From Clostridia bacterium (GTDB taxonomy: Bacteria; Bacillota; Clostridia; RGIG6154): 64,000 bases of DNA. The DNA is taken from positions 3,375-67,374 of the forward strand of contig JAGAJK010000045.1 in the NCBI GenBank assembly GCA_017626145.1, read 5' to 3'. Shown here in pieces: positions 40,589 through 50,048 of the stretch. The notes under the pieces are model-generated. The model was not told the origin of the DNA. It saw nothing but the letters and a program-made list of their open reading frames with translations, and ran no database searches. A program made the position numbers and the translations under genes. Numbering within the stretch: the first letter of the stretch is position 1; each line of letters begins with the position of its first letter.

Positions 40589-40613
40589 AAAAGGAGCTTT
40601 CAGGCTCCTTTTT
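40589..40613 (+). terminator. intrinsic terminator ending the prfB-sigH gene string
   Basis: AAAAGGAGC-TTTCAG-GCTCCTTTTT. Confidence 0.65.
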
Positions 40614-40627
40614 AAATAAGGTGGATT

Positions 40628-41449
40628 ATGAATACTGAAATAATGAACATAAATAAAAAAGAAAATGTTGTATTCCTTACATTCAAAGAGCTTGAAAAAT
40701 ATGATTTTTTAAAGCATGCCGTTTCAACACGTCACGGAGGAATTTCCAATAGTGAAAAAACGTCTTCAATGAATCTTGGACTGAAAACGGATGATTCTGT
40801 TGAAACGGTAAAAGAAAATTTCAGGATTTTTTGTAATGCAACAGCTTTGAATTACAACAATATAACGCTTGCAAATCAGACACACAGTACAGGTATTCGT
40901 ATTATAACCAAAGAAGACGTAGGCAAAGGGCTTCATATTCAAAGGGATTATAACGATATTGACGGCATAATTACCAATCTTAAAGATGTACCGCTGATGA
41001 TTCATACGGCAGATTGTGTTCCTGTTATTTTTGCAGATGTGAAAAAACAGATTATAGGTGCTGCACATTGCGGATGGAAAGGAACATTTGAAAGCCTTTC
41101 TGTGAAAATGGCAGAAAAAATGAAAGCCAAATTTAACTGCAGGTATGAAGATATAATTTGTGGTATAGGAACAGCAATAGGTGTGTGCTGTTATGAAGTG
41201 TCAGAAGAACTCTATTGTAAGTTTAAAGACCGTTTTTGCGATTTTGAAGAAGCTTTTGAAATAAGAGAAGAAAAGTATTATCTGAACTTAAAGCTTTTAA
41301 ATAAACTACAATTAGAAGGTGTAGGCGTACCAAGCAGAAATATATCAGTCTGTGACATTTGTACAAAATGTAACAGCGACGAATTGTTTTCTCACCGTGC
41401 TTTAGGTGACGGCAGGGGAATGATAGGTACGTTTGTAAGCCTTAAATGA
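40628..41449 (+). CDS. pgeF: peptidoglycan editing factor PgeF (YfiH/DUF152 family)
   Basis: 273 aa (NQTHS, DGIIT, TADCVPVIF, AAHCGWKGT motifs). Confidence 0.88.
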   Translation: MNTEIMNINKKENVVFLTFKELEKYDFLKHAVSTRHGGISNSEKTSSMNLGLKTDDSVETVKENFRIFCNATALNYNNITLANQTHSTGIRIITKEDVGKGLHIQRDYNDIDGIITNLKDVPLMIHTADCVPVIFADVKKQIIGAAHCGWKGTFESLSVKMAEKMKAKFNCRYEDIICGIGTAIGVCCYEVSEELYCKFKDRFCDFEEAFEIREEKYYLNLKLLNKLQLEGVGVPSRNISVCDICTKCNSDELFSHRALGDGRGMIGTFVSLK

Positions 41450-41452
41450 AAT

Positions 41453-41487
41453 AACGCAGTTTGCAATCAGCAAACTGCGTTGTTTTT
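41453..41487. terminator. bidirectional intrinsic terminator
   Basis: AACGCAGTTTGC-AATCA-GCAAACTGCGTT-GTTTTT, between convergent pgeF and araB. Confidence 0.8.
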
Positions 41488-43117
41488 AAAGTTCATTAAG
41501 TTTTTTCATTATGTGTCTGTGAGTTTCACCAAAAAGAACGGACAGTTCCTTATAAACAGAATATAGCTTTTCATAAGCTTTGGTATTTTCTTTTATAGGC
41601 GTGTAAATATGCCGAGGATAGTTACACAAAGCTTTTGTTGCTTCTTCATAGGTTTTATAATATCCACAGGCACAGGATGCAAGGACTGCGCTTCCTTTTG
41701 CACCTGCCTGAGGAATATCAGGAACAATAATTTTTTTGCCGATAATATCTGCATACAATTGCATCAGAAAGCTGTTTTTCTGAGAAATTCCACCGGTTGC
41801 ATATATTTCTTCAATTTCGATTCCGTTACTTTCATACAATTCAATTATAGACCTTGTTCCGTAAGCGGTGGACTCTAACATAGCACGGTATATTTCTTCC
41901 GGCTTTGTTTGTATATTAAGACCTATTATTGCACCTGTTAAATCGTAATCTGCATATGGTGTTCTGTTTCCGTTCCACCAGTCAAGTGCTATAAGATGAT
42001 TTTCACCGATTTTAAGTGCAGATGCCTTAGAGTCAAGATATTCAAAAATATTTTTACCGAGTGCATTTGCTTCGTTAATGTATCCGGCAGGAACTATATT
42101 TTCAATAAACCAGTTAAAAGAATCGCCAACACAAGCCTGACCTGCTTCATATGCCGTATATCCCGGCACAATACCGTCCTCAACACTTCCGCAAATACCT
42201 TTGACAGGTATATTTTTTTTGCTCATTACAATATGGCAGGAGGATGTTCCTAAAATAAGCATCAGCTTTTTATCACTTATACCTGCTGCAGGCAAAGATG
42301 CGTGTGCGTCGATTATCGGAACGGCAACGATAGTTTCTTTACTAAGTCCCGTAAGCGAAACTCCGTGTTCACTTAATGTTCCTGCTTTCGAACCCGTAGG
42401 TAATACCGTATCTAAAAGCTTTGTGCCCGCAAGATTTTTAAATTTGGGTGTTATTTTGCTTAAAAACTCAGATGATGGGTACCCTGATTGTTTATTCCAC
42501 ATCCCTTTATACCCGGTAGTACAACTGCTGAGAACATTGTTGCCTGTAAGAAGTATTGTAAGCCAGTCTGCAGCTTCGATGAAATAGCAGGCTTTTTTGT
42601 AAACATCAGGTGCTTTTCTTAATGTTTCAAGTATTTTCGGAATCATCCATTCCGAAGACACCTTTCCGCCATAGCTGTCAAGCCACACCTGATTATGCTC
42701 TTTTGCAAGAGTGTCAATATAATCTGCTTCATCCTGTGCAGAATGATGCTTCCACAGCTTAGCATATGCCTGCGGTTCTGTTTTAAATTCATCTTTAAAA
42801 CAAAGAGGGACAGCATTTTCATCAACAGGGAGCATAGTGCAGGATGTAAAATCTATACCAATACCAACAATATCATTTACATTGGTTTCTGATTTTTTAA
42901 CGATATCCCTGATTGTGAAGGAAAGAGCATCAATATAGTCCTGAGGATGCTGAAATGCCGAATTTTTATCAACAGGAGTACCACAGGGGAGAGTTATATC
43001 CATAACCTTATGAGGATATTTGAACTCACTTTCTGCAACAGTATTTCCGTTATCGAGATTAATAAGTATTGCTCTTGCGGAAAGCGTACCGTAATCTATA
43101 CCTATACAATATTTCAT
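41486..43117 (-). CDS. araB: ribulokinase (FGGY family)
   Basis: Collinear with Bacillus AraB as I remember it (IGIDYGTLSARA..., KLWKHH, LDWWNGNR, GGI..KN). ATG at 43117, 9 nt after AAGGA, preferred over the track's TTG at 43126. Confidence 0.85.
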   Translation of the reverse strand: MKYCIGIDYGTLSARAILINLDNGNTVAESEFKYPHKVMDITLPCGTPVDKNSAFQHPQDYIDALSFTIRDIVKKSETNVNDIVGIGIDFTSCTMLPVDENAVPLCFKDEFKTEPQAYAKLWKHHSAQDEADYIDTLAKEHNQVWLDSYGGKVSSEWMIPKILETLRKAPDVYKKACYFIEAADWLTILLTGNNVLSSCTTGYKGMWNKQSGYPSSEFLSKITPKFKNLAGTKLLDTVLPTGSKAGTLSEHGVSLTGLSKETIVAVPIIDAHASLPAAGISDKKLMLILGTSSCHIVMSKKNIPVKGICGSVEDGIVPGYTAYEAGQACVGDSFNWFIENIVPAGYINEANALGKNIFEYLDSKASALKIGENHLIALDWWNGNRTPYADYDLTGAIIGLNIQTKPEEIYRAMLESTAYGTRSIIELYESNGIEIEEIYATGGISQKNSFLMQLYADIIGKKIIVPDIPQAGAKGSAVLASCACGYYKTYEEATKALCNYPRHIYTPIKENTKAYEKLYSVYKELSVLFGETHRHIMKKLNEL

Positions 43118-43132
43118 ATGATTCAATCCTTT

Positions 43133-43756
43133 TTATTTCAATACACCGCTCATCAATTTAACAGCTCTCTGCCATGCAAGACGTTCTTCGTCTGTAAGCT
43201 GTTCTGATGTATAATGATAGTCGTGCTTACGGATGATTTCATCAAGACATGCCTTTGCGTGAAGTAAATTATCGTTTTGAACATCTGAAAGCTTTTTGAT
43301 AAGCTCTTTGTTTTTTGTAAGCTTTTTCATCTTTTTTAAATGCGGTCTGCATATGCAGGTTTTAGTATCCCTGAATGCATTAGAAAATTCTTCACTTTCT
43401 CCGAAAAAGTTTAAAAAGGCATTGAGCGAACGCCTCTCCGCATCAATTTCAAGGTCACAAACAAGACAGCCGTCTTTTTTCTTTGCATCAGGCTTTTTAA
43501 CGTAGTCATCAATTAAAACAGTATAAATAATTGAGTGCCCAAGAGGATCGCCTTTTCCCATCATAGCTTTAGCGTGCTTAGGGCAAAAGCCTCCCGTCTC
43601 CATAATTCTTCTGCGCATAGAGCGGTCGTTAACACATTCATATAAAAATTCCTCTAAAAAATTATCAAGCCATTCGTCCATAATAAGACAAACAGGGCAG
43701 TCGTCTTTTTTAAAAAGCTCCAAATATTCGTAGTATTGATTTGTTTTGTATAGCAT
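43133..43756 (-). CDS. cysteine-rich hypothetical protein (two CxxC...CxxH-type clusters)
   Basis: 207 aa. Contains CPVC, FCPKH, CLVC and CICRPH. Its stop lies 15 nt upstream of the araB start. Confidence 0.6.
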   Translation of the reverse strand: MLYKTNQYYEYLELFKKDDCPVCLIMDEWLDNFLEEFLYECVNDRSMRRRIMETGGFCPKHAKAMMGKGDPLGHSIIYTVLIDDYVKKPDAKKKDGCLVCDLEIDAERRSLNAFLNFFGESEEFSNAFRDTKTCICRPHLKKMKKLTKNKELIKKLSDVQNDNLLHAKACLDEIIRKHDYHYTSEQLTDEERLAWQRAVKLMSGVLK

Positions 43757-43775
43757 AAGAAAGAAATCCTTCCAT

Positions 43776-43804
43776 AAAAACGAGCCGCTTTAAGCGGCTC
43801 GTTT
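43776..43804 (-). terminator. intrinsic terminator after the SLH protein gene
   Basis: On the minus strand: CGAGCCGCT-TAA-AGCGGCTCG, followed by TTTTT. Confidence 0.75.
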
Positions 43805-43811
43805 AATTTTT

Positions 43812-45638
43812 TTATTTACCGAGAATTACAATTGAAATTGCTTCTTGTGTAAAGCCGTTAGAGGTGATAACCGCAGTAATTGTATCGCCTTCTTTTATTG
43901 AAGAAAGTGTTCTTGCTTTCTGTGTTGTACCATCAAGAATTGATGCGGTCTTCTTAACAAAAATCTGCTGTGTTGAACCGTCACTTACTGTGAGTGTAAT
44001 GCACATATAGTTAGTATCAACATTCTGAACTGTTCCGACAATGTTTACAGTATCAACAGAAACAGCAGTTGTTTCGATTTCGATTTTTGTAACAGTTGAG
44101 CTTTCCACTGTTAAAGTTGCCTTGTCTCCGAGTCTGAGGTCATAAATGTCGGAATTTTCTTCTCCGTTTACATATATTTCAATGCTGGAAGCATCAATTG
44201 CACATTCAACATTGGTTGAACCCGTATTTACGGTAATGCTTGGTGTTGATGAAATAACGATTTCTTCAACGGTACCTGTAACAACCTTTTTGGTACTTGT
44301 TGCAACAACATTTGAAATGTTATTGTATGTAAGAGTAACAGTTACTTTATCGCCAACCATAAGTTCTGAAACTTCAGCATTCTGATTATTTCTCTTCACA
44401 TTTACGTTTGCGGAGAGCTCGTAATCTACTGTTGTGTTATTTGCAAGTCTTATCTGCATTTTTGAAGGTACGTCGTATATGAATGCAGAAATTGTACCTG
44501 AAACAGTTTTAGTCTTTTCCTCAGCAACAATGCTTACAACCTTGTTATCTTCAATCTGAAGAGTAAGGAAGCTGTCAACCTTCATATCTGCAAAGGTTGC
44601 AGGAGCATTGTTAACATATATTACACAATCCTCTGCAAGTGTATACTGTTCTGTTTCGGAAGATGTGAGAGTAGGTCTGATAGTAACCTTTTTAGTAGAT
44701 GGTGTTGAACTGTTGCTTGCGTAAACACCGGTTACTGTTGAGTCTGCAACTACTCTTAATGATTCAACGAAAATGAGTTCTGTGCCTGAATAAATAGCAG
44801 TAATCTTGTCACCTATAGAAAGCTCATCTAAAGACATAATATCTTCGCCGTTGTATTTAACAGGAACGTTAGCTGTGTTAACGTTAATTGTTTTTGTGTT
44901 GCCGTTTGAATCGGTATACGTAATGCTGTCTGTTACAGAATTAACCTCAAGAACAGAGCCTCTTGAATAAGTTAAGTTCAGCTTGTTCATAGCCTTTTCA
45001 AGAAGAACAGCCATCTGAGCTCTTGTAACAGAGGTGTTAGGGCTGAATTCTGTTTCACTCATACCAAGCATAAGACCTTCTTCGTAGCAGTATTCAACAT
45101 AAGCCTTTGCTGTAACAGGAATAGCAGCTGAGTCATCAAAAGAAAGAACAGGCATAGTATTAAGCTTAACTTCTTCTTCAGCACCTACAAGCTTAACTAA
45201 AATTACAGCAGCTTCATATCTTTTAAGCTCACTGTTGCCTGCACCGCCTTTAAGGAAGTTGTAAAGCTCACTTTCTGTATATATACCTCTGTAAGTAAGG
45301 TATGCAAGAGTTTCTTCGTATGATGGGTAACCAAGTGAAGAAACTGCTGTTGAGTGAGTATCGTATGCCATTTTGAGGTATTCTTCTTCTCCATTGGCAA
45401 CAGAACCAGCTATTCTTGAAACGAGAAGGAGAGCATCTACTCTTCTTACTGCATCTTCAGGTGCAAAGGTCTGTGCATCGTAACCGTTTATTATTCCCAT
45501 TTCTGCCATTTTTGTAATCTGCTTATCTGCCCAGCTGTACTTAACCGGATCAACATCAGCAAAAGGGGAAGCAAATACTGATATTTGTGCCAATACAAGA
45601 ATTAAACACAAAATACTTGAAATTAGTTTCTTTTTCAT
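43812..45638 (-). CDS. S-layer homology (SLH) domain cell-wall protein with repeated beta-rich domains
   Basis: Signal peptide (MKKKLISSILCLILVLAQISVFA), then three SLH-like segments (FADVDP..., FAPEDAVRR..., FSPNTSVTRAQMAV). Start trimmed to the ATG at 45638 behind GGAGGT. Confidence 0.8.
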   Translation of the reverse strand: MKKKLISSILCLILVLAQISVFASPFADVDPVKYSWADKQITKMAEMGIINGYDAQTFAPEDAVRRVDALLLVSRIAGSVANGEEEYLKMAYDTHSTAVSSLGYPSYEETLAYLTYRGIYTESELYNFLKGGAGNSELKRYEAAVILVKLVGAEEEVKLNTMPVLSFDDSAAIPVTAKAYVEYCYEEGLMLGMSETEFSPNTSVTRAQMAVLLEKAMNKLNLTYSRGSVLEVNSVTDSITYTDSNGNTKTINVNTANVPVKYNGEDIMSLDELSIGDKITAIYSGTELIFVESLRVVADSTVTGVYASNSSTPSTKKVTIRPTLTSSETEQYTLAEDCVIYVNNAPATFADMKVDSFLTLQIEDNKVVSIVAEEKTKTVSGTISAFIYDVPSKMQIRLANNTTVDYELSANVNVKRNNQNAEVSELMVGDKVTVTLTYNNISNVVATSTKKVVTGTVEEIVISSTPSITVNTGSTNVECAIDASSIEIYVNGEENSDIYDLRLGDKATLTVESSTVTKIEIETTAVSVDTVNIVGTVQNVDTNYMCITLTVSDGSTQQIFVKKTASILDGTTQKARTLSSIKEGDTITAVITSNGFTQEAISIVILGK

Positions 45639-45782
45639 GTTATACCTCCAAAAATAGAATATTTCTATTTTAATGATACCATATATTGTGTTTTTTTTCA
45701 ATAGTTTTCTTAAAAAAATAATGTATAAAATGGGTAAAAATGGTCAATAATTTTATCAGTACAAAGCAAAGGGAGATAAAGT

Positions 45783-46421
45783 ATGGCAAAGAAAAGAAAA
45801 AAGAAGAATATCAGGGCATATATCATGCTTTTTGTGTGTATGCTGATTTTTTCATCTGTGACCTTTTTGAGTGATATACCTGAACCTGCAAAAGACAAGC
45901 CTGTAATATCAGAGCAGCTTAATGTGGAGGCGGAGCCTGAGATGATATATATAAGCGACAATGTTGCCGGCGATGATATAGAAGAAGAGGAAGCAATACC
46001 GGAAGAAGAATACATTTTCAGTTTGTCTTATCCGCTGGAAGGGGAGATAACCGAAAAATTTTCAGGAGATGTTCCTGTATTTTCAAAAACACTGGGAGAC
46101 TGGCGTGTTCATAACGGTATCGACATAAAAAGCGAGCTTCTTGACAGGGTCTACGCATCAGAAAAGGGAATTGTTGAAAAGGTTTATGAGGACAATCTTA
46201 TGGGGAAAACCATTATAATCGACCACGGAAACGGTTATAAAACCGTGTATTCGAATCTGTCATCAACAGAGATGGTAGATAACGGAGAAGAAGTAGAGAA
46301 GGGAAGGATTATAAGTGGCGTGGGAGATACTGCTCTTGCGGAAGCTTCGGTGGAACCTCATATTCATTTTCAGGTAATTAAGGACGGTATTTCTGTAAAT
46401 CCCGAAGAACATATAAATTAA
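45783..46421 (+). CDS. M23 family metallopeptidase (LytM-like)
   Basis: 212 aa. Basic N-terminus plus a TM helix, an acidic linker, then HNGIDI...IIIDHGNGYKTVYSNL...PHIHFQV. Confidence 0.85.
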   Translation: MAKKRKKKNIRAYIMLFVCMLIFSSVTFLSDIPEPAKDKPVISEQLNVEAEPEMIYISDNVAGDDIEEEEAIPEEEYIFSLSYPLEGEITEKFSGDVPVFSKTLGDWRVHNGIDIKSELLDRVYASEKGIVEKVYEDNLMGKTIIIDHGNGYKTVYSNLSSTEMVDNGEEVEKGRIISGVGDTALAEASVEPHIHFQVIKDGISVNPEEHIN

Positions 46422-46479
46422 ACAAGAAGTTTTCAAGATTAGCGATAAATTAACAGAGAGCTATGGCTGATATGACAAT

Positions 46480-46512
46480 AAAACGGGAGGATGATTTCAT
46501 CCTCCCGTTTTT
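46480..46512. terminator. bidirectional intrinsic terminator
   Basis: AAAACGGGAGGAT...ATCCTCCCGTTTTT, between the M23 gene and the end of addA. Confidence 0.8.
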
Positions 46513-46517
46513 GTATG

Positions 46518-49500
46518 TTACACTTCAATAAATTTATCCGCTTCAAGAAAGTACAGAAAAGCTTTAACATTTTTAGTAGAATGCATCTTTTTTACTGCTT
46601 CTTTGTAAAGCTGAAGCTGTATTTTATATTCTTCAGCTTTTGCTGTAATTGTACTTTGTGTTACTTTATCTGACTTGAAATCAATAATAGTATATCCGTC
46701 AGAGGAAGCGTAATAAAGGTCTATAACACCCTGTATAAGAATATCAGTCCCCTTTGTTTCGAAGTCTGCAACACTGCTGTCCTGCATTATTTCAAAAGGA
46801 GCTTCTGTATGGATTTCATTCGAAAGATATACCTCTTTACATATGTCTGAATTTATAAAATTCATTATTTTATCTGAAGGAATATTGTTTTTTTCTCTTT
46901 CGTCAATGATTCCGCTTTCCTGCAACTTATTAATCAGAAGGGTTAATTCTGCTTCGTTGTTAATACGGTTTTCTATAGCCTTTTCGAAAACAAGATGTAT
47001 AAGTGTTCCCTTTTCAGCACCCGAAAGAAATTCCGTTTCATTGTTTATATCGCTAAGTCTTTCCGAGAAGCGTTGTATATTATTATAACGTGATGCCTTG
47101 TGCTTGATGTTGCTTACCGAATATTTGGTGTATACCTCGTTGGCTGTATGGTTGTATTTCCACGACAAAAGCTTGTCAATTCTGCTTGTATCGATCTGTT
47201 TCGGAGCAGAGGTTTCTTCGGTAATTTCTGCCTCTTCACCTACGGTGAATTCCTCAAGGTCGGAAAAACCGATTTTTACAGGGCAGTCAGTTTTTAAAAG
47301 TTCAGAATTAATTTTCAGGGAATTTCTTAAATCTTCAAAGCATTCAAAACGTACCAGAGCCATACAAAGCCATTCAATTAAGCTATCTGCCTGACGGCAA
47401 ATGTATGATGGTAGCTTAAAATCTTTACATTTTGCAGGAGCACGTAATTTTTTTGCAAGCTTATCATATGATACTGTTCCGAGAATAATAAGCTTTTCCT
47501 TTGCTCTTGTAAGAGCAACGTAAAGTATACGCATTTCTTCAGACAGACCCTCATATTTTTTTATATTCATAAGTGCGTTTTTTAAAGGAGATTTATATTT
47601 AACCCGTTCTTTAGAAACACAGTCAAATGCAAATCCGAAGCTGTTATGTGTTTCTATTTTAGATTTACTTGACAGGAGAAATTTGGTTCCTGTTTTCGGA
47701 AGTATAACCACAGGATATTCAAGACCCTTACTTTTGTGAATTGTTGTAATGGTAACAGAATCGACATTATCAGGAAGCTTTTTGGGAGAAATCATAGACG
47801 CGGTTTTGTCATCATAATTATCTATGTATTTTATAAATGCATAGATACCTTTAAAGCTTTCTGATTCAAAATCAGCGGCACACTTCAGAAGATAATTAAT
47901 ATTTGTCTGCCGTTGTTCGCCGCCACTCATTGCACCTACGTATTCATAAAAGTTACTTTCCGCAAGAATGAGCTTAATCATTTCTGATGAGTTAAGGTAT
48001 GCTTTGGCATCTGTATATTTTTCCAGAAGCTTTCTGAATCTGTCAGCTATTATACTTTGATGCTTATCGGCAAAATTGCAATTAAGAACCTTTTGACAGA
48101 AATTATTTCCTTTTTCTTTTGAGGCAAGTGCAAGACTGTCGTCGCTTAATCCGAACATCGGACTTTTTAAAACAGCCGCTGCCGAAACATCGTCATAAGG
48201 GTTATCTATTATTCTCAGAAAGGCAAGAATCACCTTTATTTCATAGGAGGATAAAAGATATTCCGTATTATCGTCAACGAACACAGGAAGCTTCATTTTT
48301 GTAAGTGTTGAAGCAAAAATATTAACTACACCCTTGGCATTTCTCAGAAGAATAGCAAAATCTCTGTAAGTAACAGGTCTCAGCTCACCTGTTTTTTTAT
48401 CCTTTACTTTAAAGCCTTCATCTATCATTTTCTGAATCTTTGCACCTGCGATATAAGCTTCTTTTTCGGTACCTGTCAGCTCGTCCTCTGACGCATTTTC
48501 ATTTGAAATGAGCAGTATTTCCGTGCAGGGGTCGTCGGCAGGAAATGGTAAGCCGTGATTCAGACATTCCTTTTGAGTGTAGTCAATCTCTCCGGCATTT
48601 CTGTTCATAATCTGTGAGAATACAAGGTTGCTAAAATCAAGAACCGATTTTCTGCTTCTGAAATTTTTTGAAAGAAAAATCTTTTTTCCGTCACCATTTC
48701 CATCTTCGGAATACAGGTCAAGCTTTTGTGTAAAAAGCTTAGGCTCAGCATTTCTGAACTTGTAAATACATTGCTTCATATCACCAACCATAAAGAGGTT
48801 TTCGCCGTTTCTTGAAATTGCGGAAAAAATAACCTCCTGAACAGGATTGGTATCCTGATATTCGTCGATAATTATTTCGTCATACTGCATACTTATCTCT
48901 TTTGCGGTTTCCGTAGGCTTTGAATCCGAATCCGTGAGAAGCTTTATGGTAAGATGCTCCAGGTCATTATAGTCAAGCATATTTTTCTCATTCTTTTTTT
49001 GGTTAAAGACCAGAGCAACTTTTTTGGTTAAAGCAATTAAAGCTTCAGCCTGAGCAAGTGATATATCAAGCAGCCTGAAGAGAACATCTTCATCGCAATA
49101 CAAAAATTCCTTTATTACATCATTTATTCCGTTTCTGAAATCATCACGGAAGCTTTTGAAATACTGTGCGTTGGCGTCTTTTGAGTATTTTGACGGGAAA
49201 TTTGAAAGCCCGAGCTTGAAGTCAGATTGAAAAGCAGAATAACTTGTTACAGGCACATTTACTATATCAAGAAGTCGGTTTGCCTTTGCAAGGTCATCGT
49301 AAAACAAATCACGCAGTTCAAGCTGAGGATTTTCGTCAAGAAAGCTTTCCTGTGTTTTGTAAGTGCTTATTTCAACACGTATTTTATCTGTAAGTGCACC
49401 TGTAATTTCTTTAAACCATAATGAATCAAGTGCATTTTCTTTTTTAAAATTTTCTATTGAATCCGAAAACCATTTATCGGGATATGGCATACTTTCCGAT

Positions 49501-50048
49501 GCATTATAAAGAGTTTCAACCATAGTAAAAACAGCGTCATCGTCAATGTTTTTGCAGTAAGCAGAAACCGTATCAAGAAAATTACGGTCGCCCTCCTCGT
49601 AAAGCTGAGCGGTTACCTCATCATATGCTTCCTTAAATATAAGCTTTCTGTCTTCAGGCTGTATTATTGAAAAATCTGCAGAAATGTCAAGCTCTTCAAA
49701 ATGAGAACGTATCAGCCTTGAACAAAATGAATGCATAGTAGAGATGCTTGCATCACCAATAAGCAGAAGCTGTTTTTTAAATCTGTCTTTTAAGTGTGCA
49801 GGAGTTTCATTTTCTGAGATTCGTTCTTTAATTTTATCAGCAATTCCTTTTTTCATCTGGCTTGCCGCCGCTTCTGTAAATGTAACCACTATAAAACGGT
49901 CAATGTCAGTTTTTTCAAGCTTTCTTAAAATTCTTTCAACAAGAACCGCTGTTTTTCCTGAGCCTGCCGCGGCAGAAACGAGTATGGAGGTGCCTTCGGA
50001 ATTAATTGCATTTTCTTGATCAGGTGTCCAGTCAGGTTTATTGCTCAT
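46518..50048 (-). CDS. addA: helicase-exonuclease AddAB subunit AddA
   Basis: 1176 aa. UvrD-type helicase motifs (AAAGSGKT, DEYQDTN) plus a C-terminal RecB nuclease (GVIDLYY...DFK). Confidence 0.93.
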   Translation of the reverse strand: MSNKPDWTPDQENAINSEGTSILVSAAAGSGKTAVLVERILRKLEKTDIDRFIVVTFTEAAASQMKKGIADKIKERISENETPAHLKDRFKKQLLLIGDASISTMHSFCSRLIRSHFEELDISADFSIIQPEDRKLIFKEAYDEVTAQLYEEGDRNFLDTVSAYCKNIDDDAVFTMVETLYNASESMPYPDKWFSDSIENFKKENALDSLWFKEITGALTDKIRVEISTYKTQESFLDENPQLELRDLFYDDLAKANRLLDIVNVPVTSYSAFQSDFKLGLSNFPSKYSKDANAQYFKSFRDDFRNGINDVIKEFLYCDEDVLFRLLDISLAQAEALIALTKKVALVFNQKKNEKNMLDYNDLEHLTIKLLTDSDSKPTETAKEISMQYDEIIIDEYQDTNPVQEVIFSAISRNGENLFMVGDMKQCIYKFRNAEPKLFTQKLDLYSEDGNGDGKKIFLSKNFRSRKSVLDFSNLVFSQIMNRNAGEIDYTQKECLNHGLPFPADDPCTEILLISNENASEDELTGTEKEAYIAGAKIQKMIDEGFKVKDKKTGELRPVTYRDFAILLRNAKGVVNIFASTLTKMKLPVFVDDNTEYLLSSYEIKVILAFLRIIDNPYDDVSAAAVLKSPMFGLSDDSLALASKEKGNNFCQKVLNCNFADKHQSIIADRFRKLLEKYTDAKAYLNSSEMIKLILAESNFYEYVGAMSGGEQRQTNINYLLKCAADFESESFKGIYAFIKYIDNYDDKTASMISPKKLPDNVDSVTITTIHKSKGLEYPVVILPKTGTKFLLSSKSKIETHNSFGFAFDCVSKERVKYKSPLKNALMNIKKYEGLSEEMRILYVALTRAKEKLIILGTVSYDKLAKKLRAPAKCKDFKLPSYICRQADSLIEWLCMALVRFECFEDLRNSLKINSELLKTDCPVKIGFSDLEEFTVGEEAEITEETSAPKQIDTSRIDKLLSWKYNHTANEVYTKYSVSNIKHKASRYNNIQRFSERLSDINNETEFLSGAEKGTLIHLVFEKAIENRINNEAELTLLINKLQESGIIDEREKNNIPSDKIMNFINSDICKEVYLSNEIHTEAPFEIMQDSSVADFETKGTDILIQGVIDLYYASSDGYTIIDFKSDKVTQSTITAKAEEYKIQLQLYKEAVKKMHSTKNVKAFLYFLEADKFIEV

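Noticed and set aside
46491-46673. 60-aa plus-strand ORF at the addA 3' end, and the 74-aa ORF 32197..32421
   Set aside because: They overlap terminator and promoter sequence and the ends of real genes. They have no RBS and an implausible composition.
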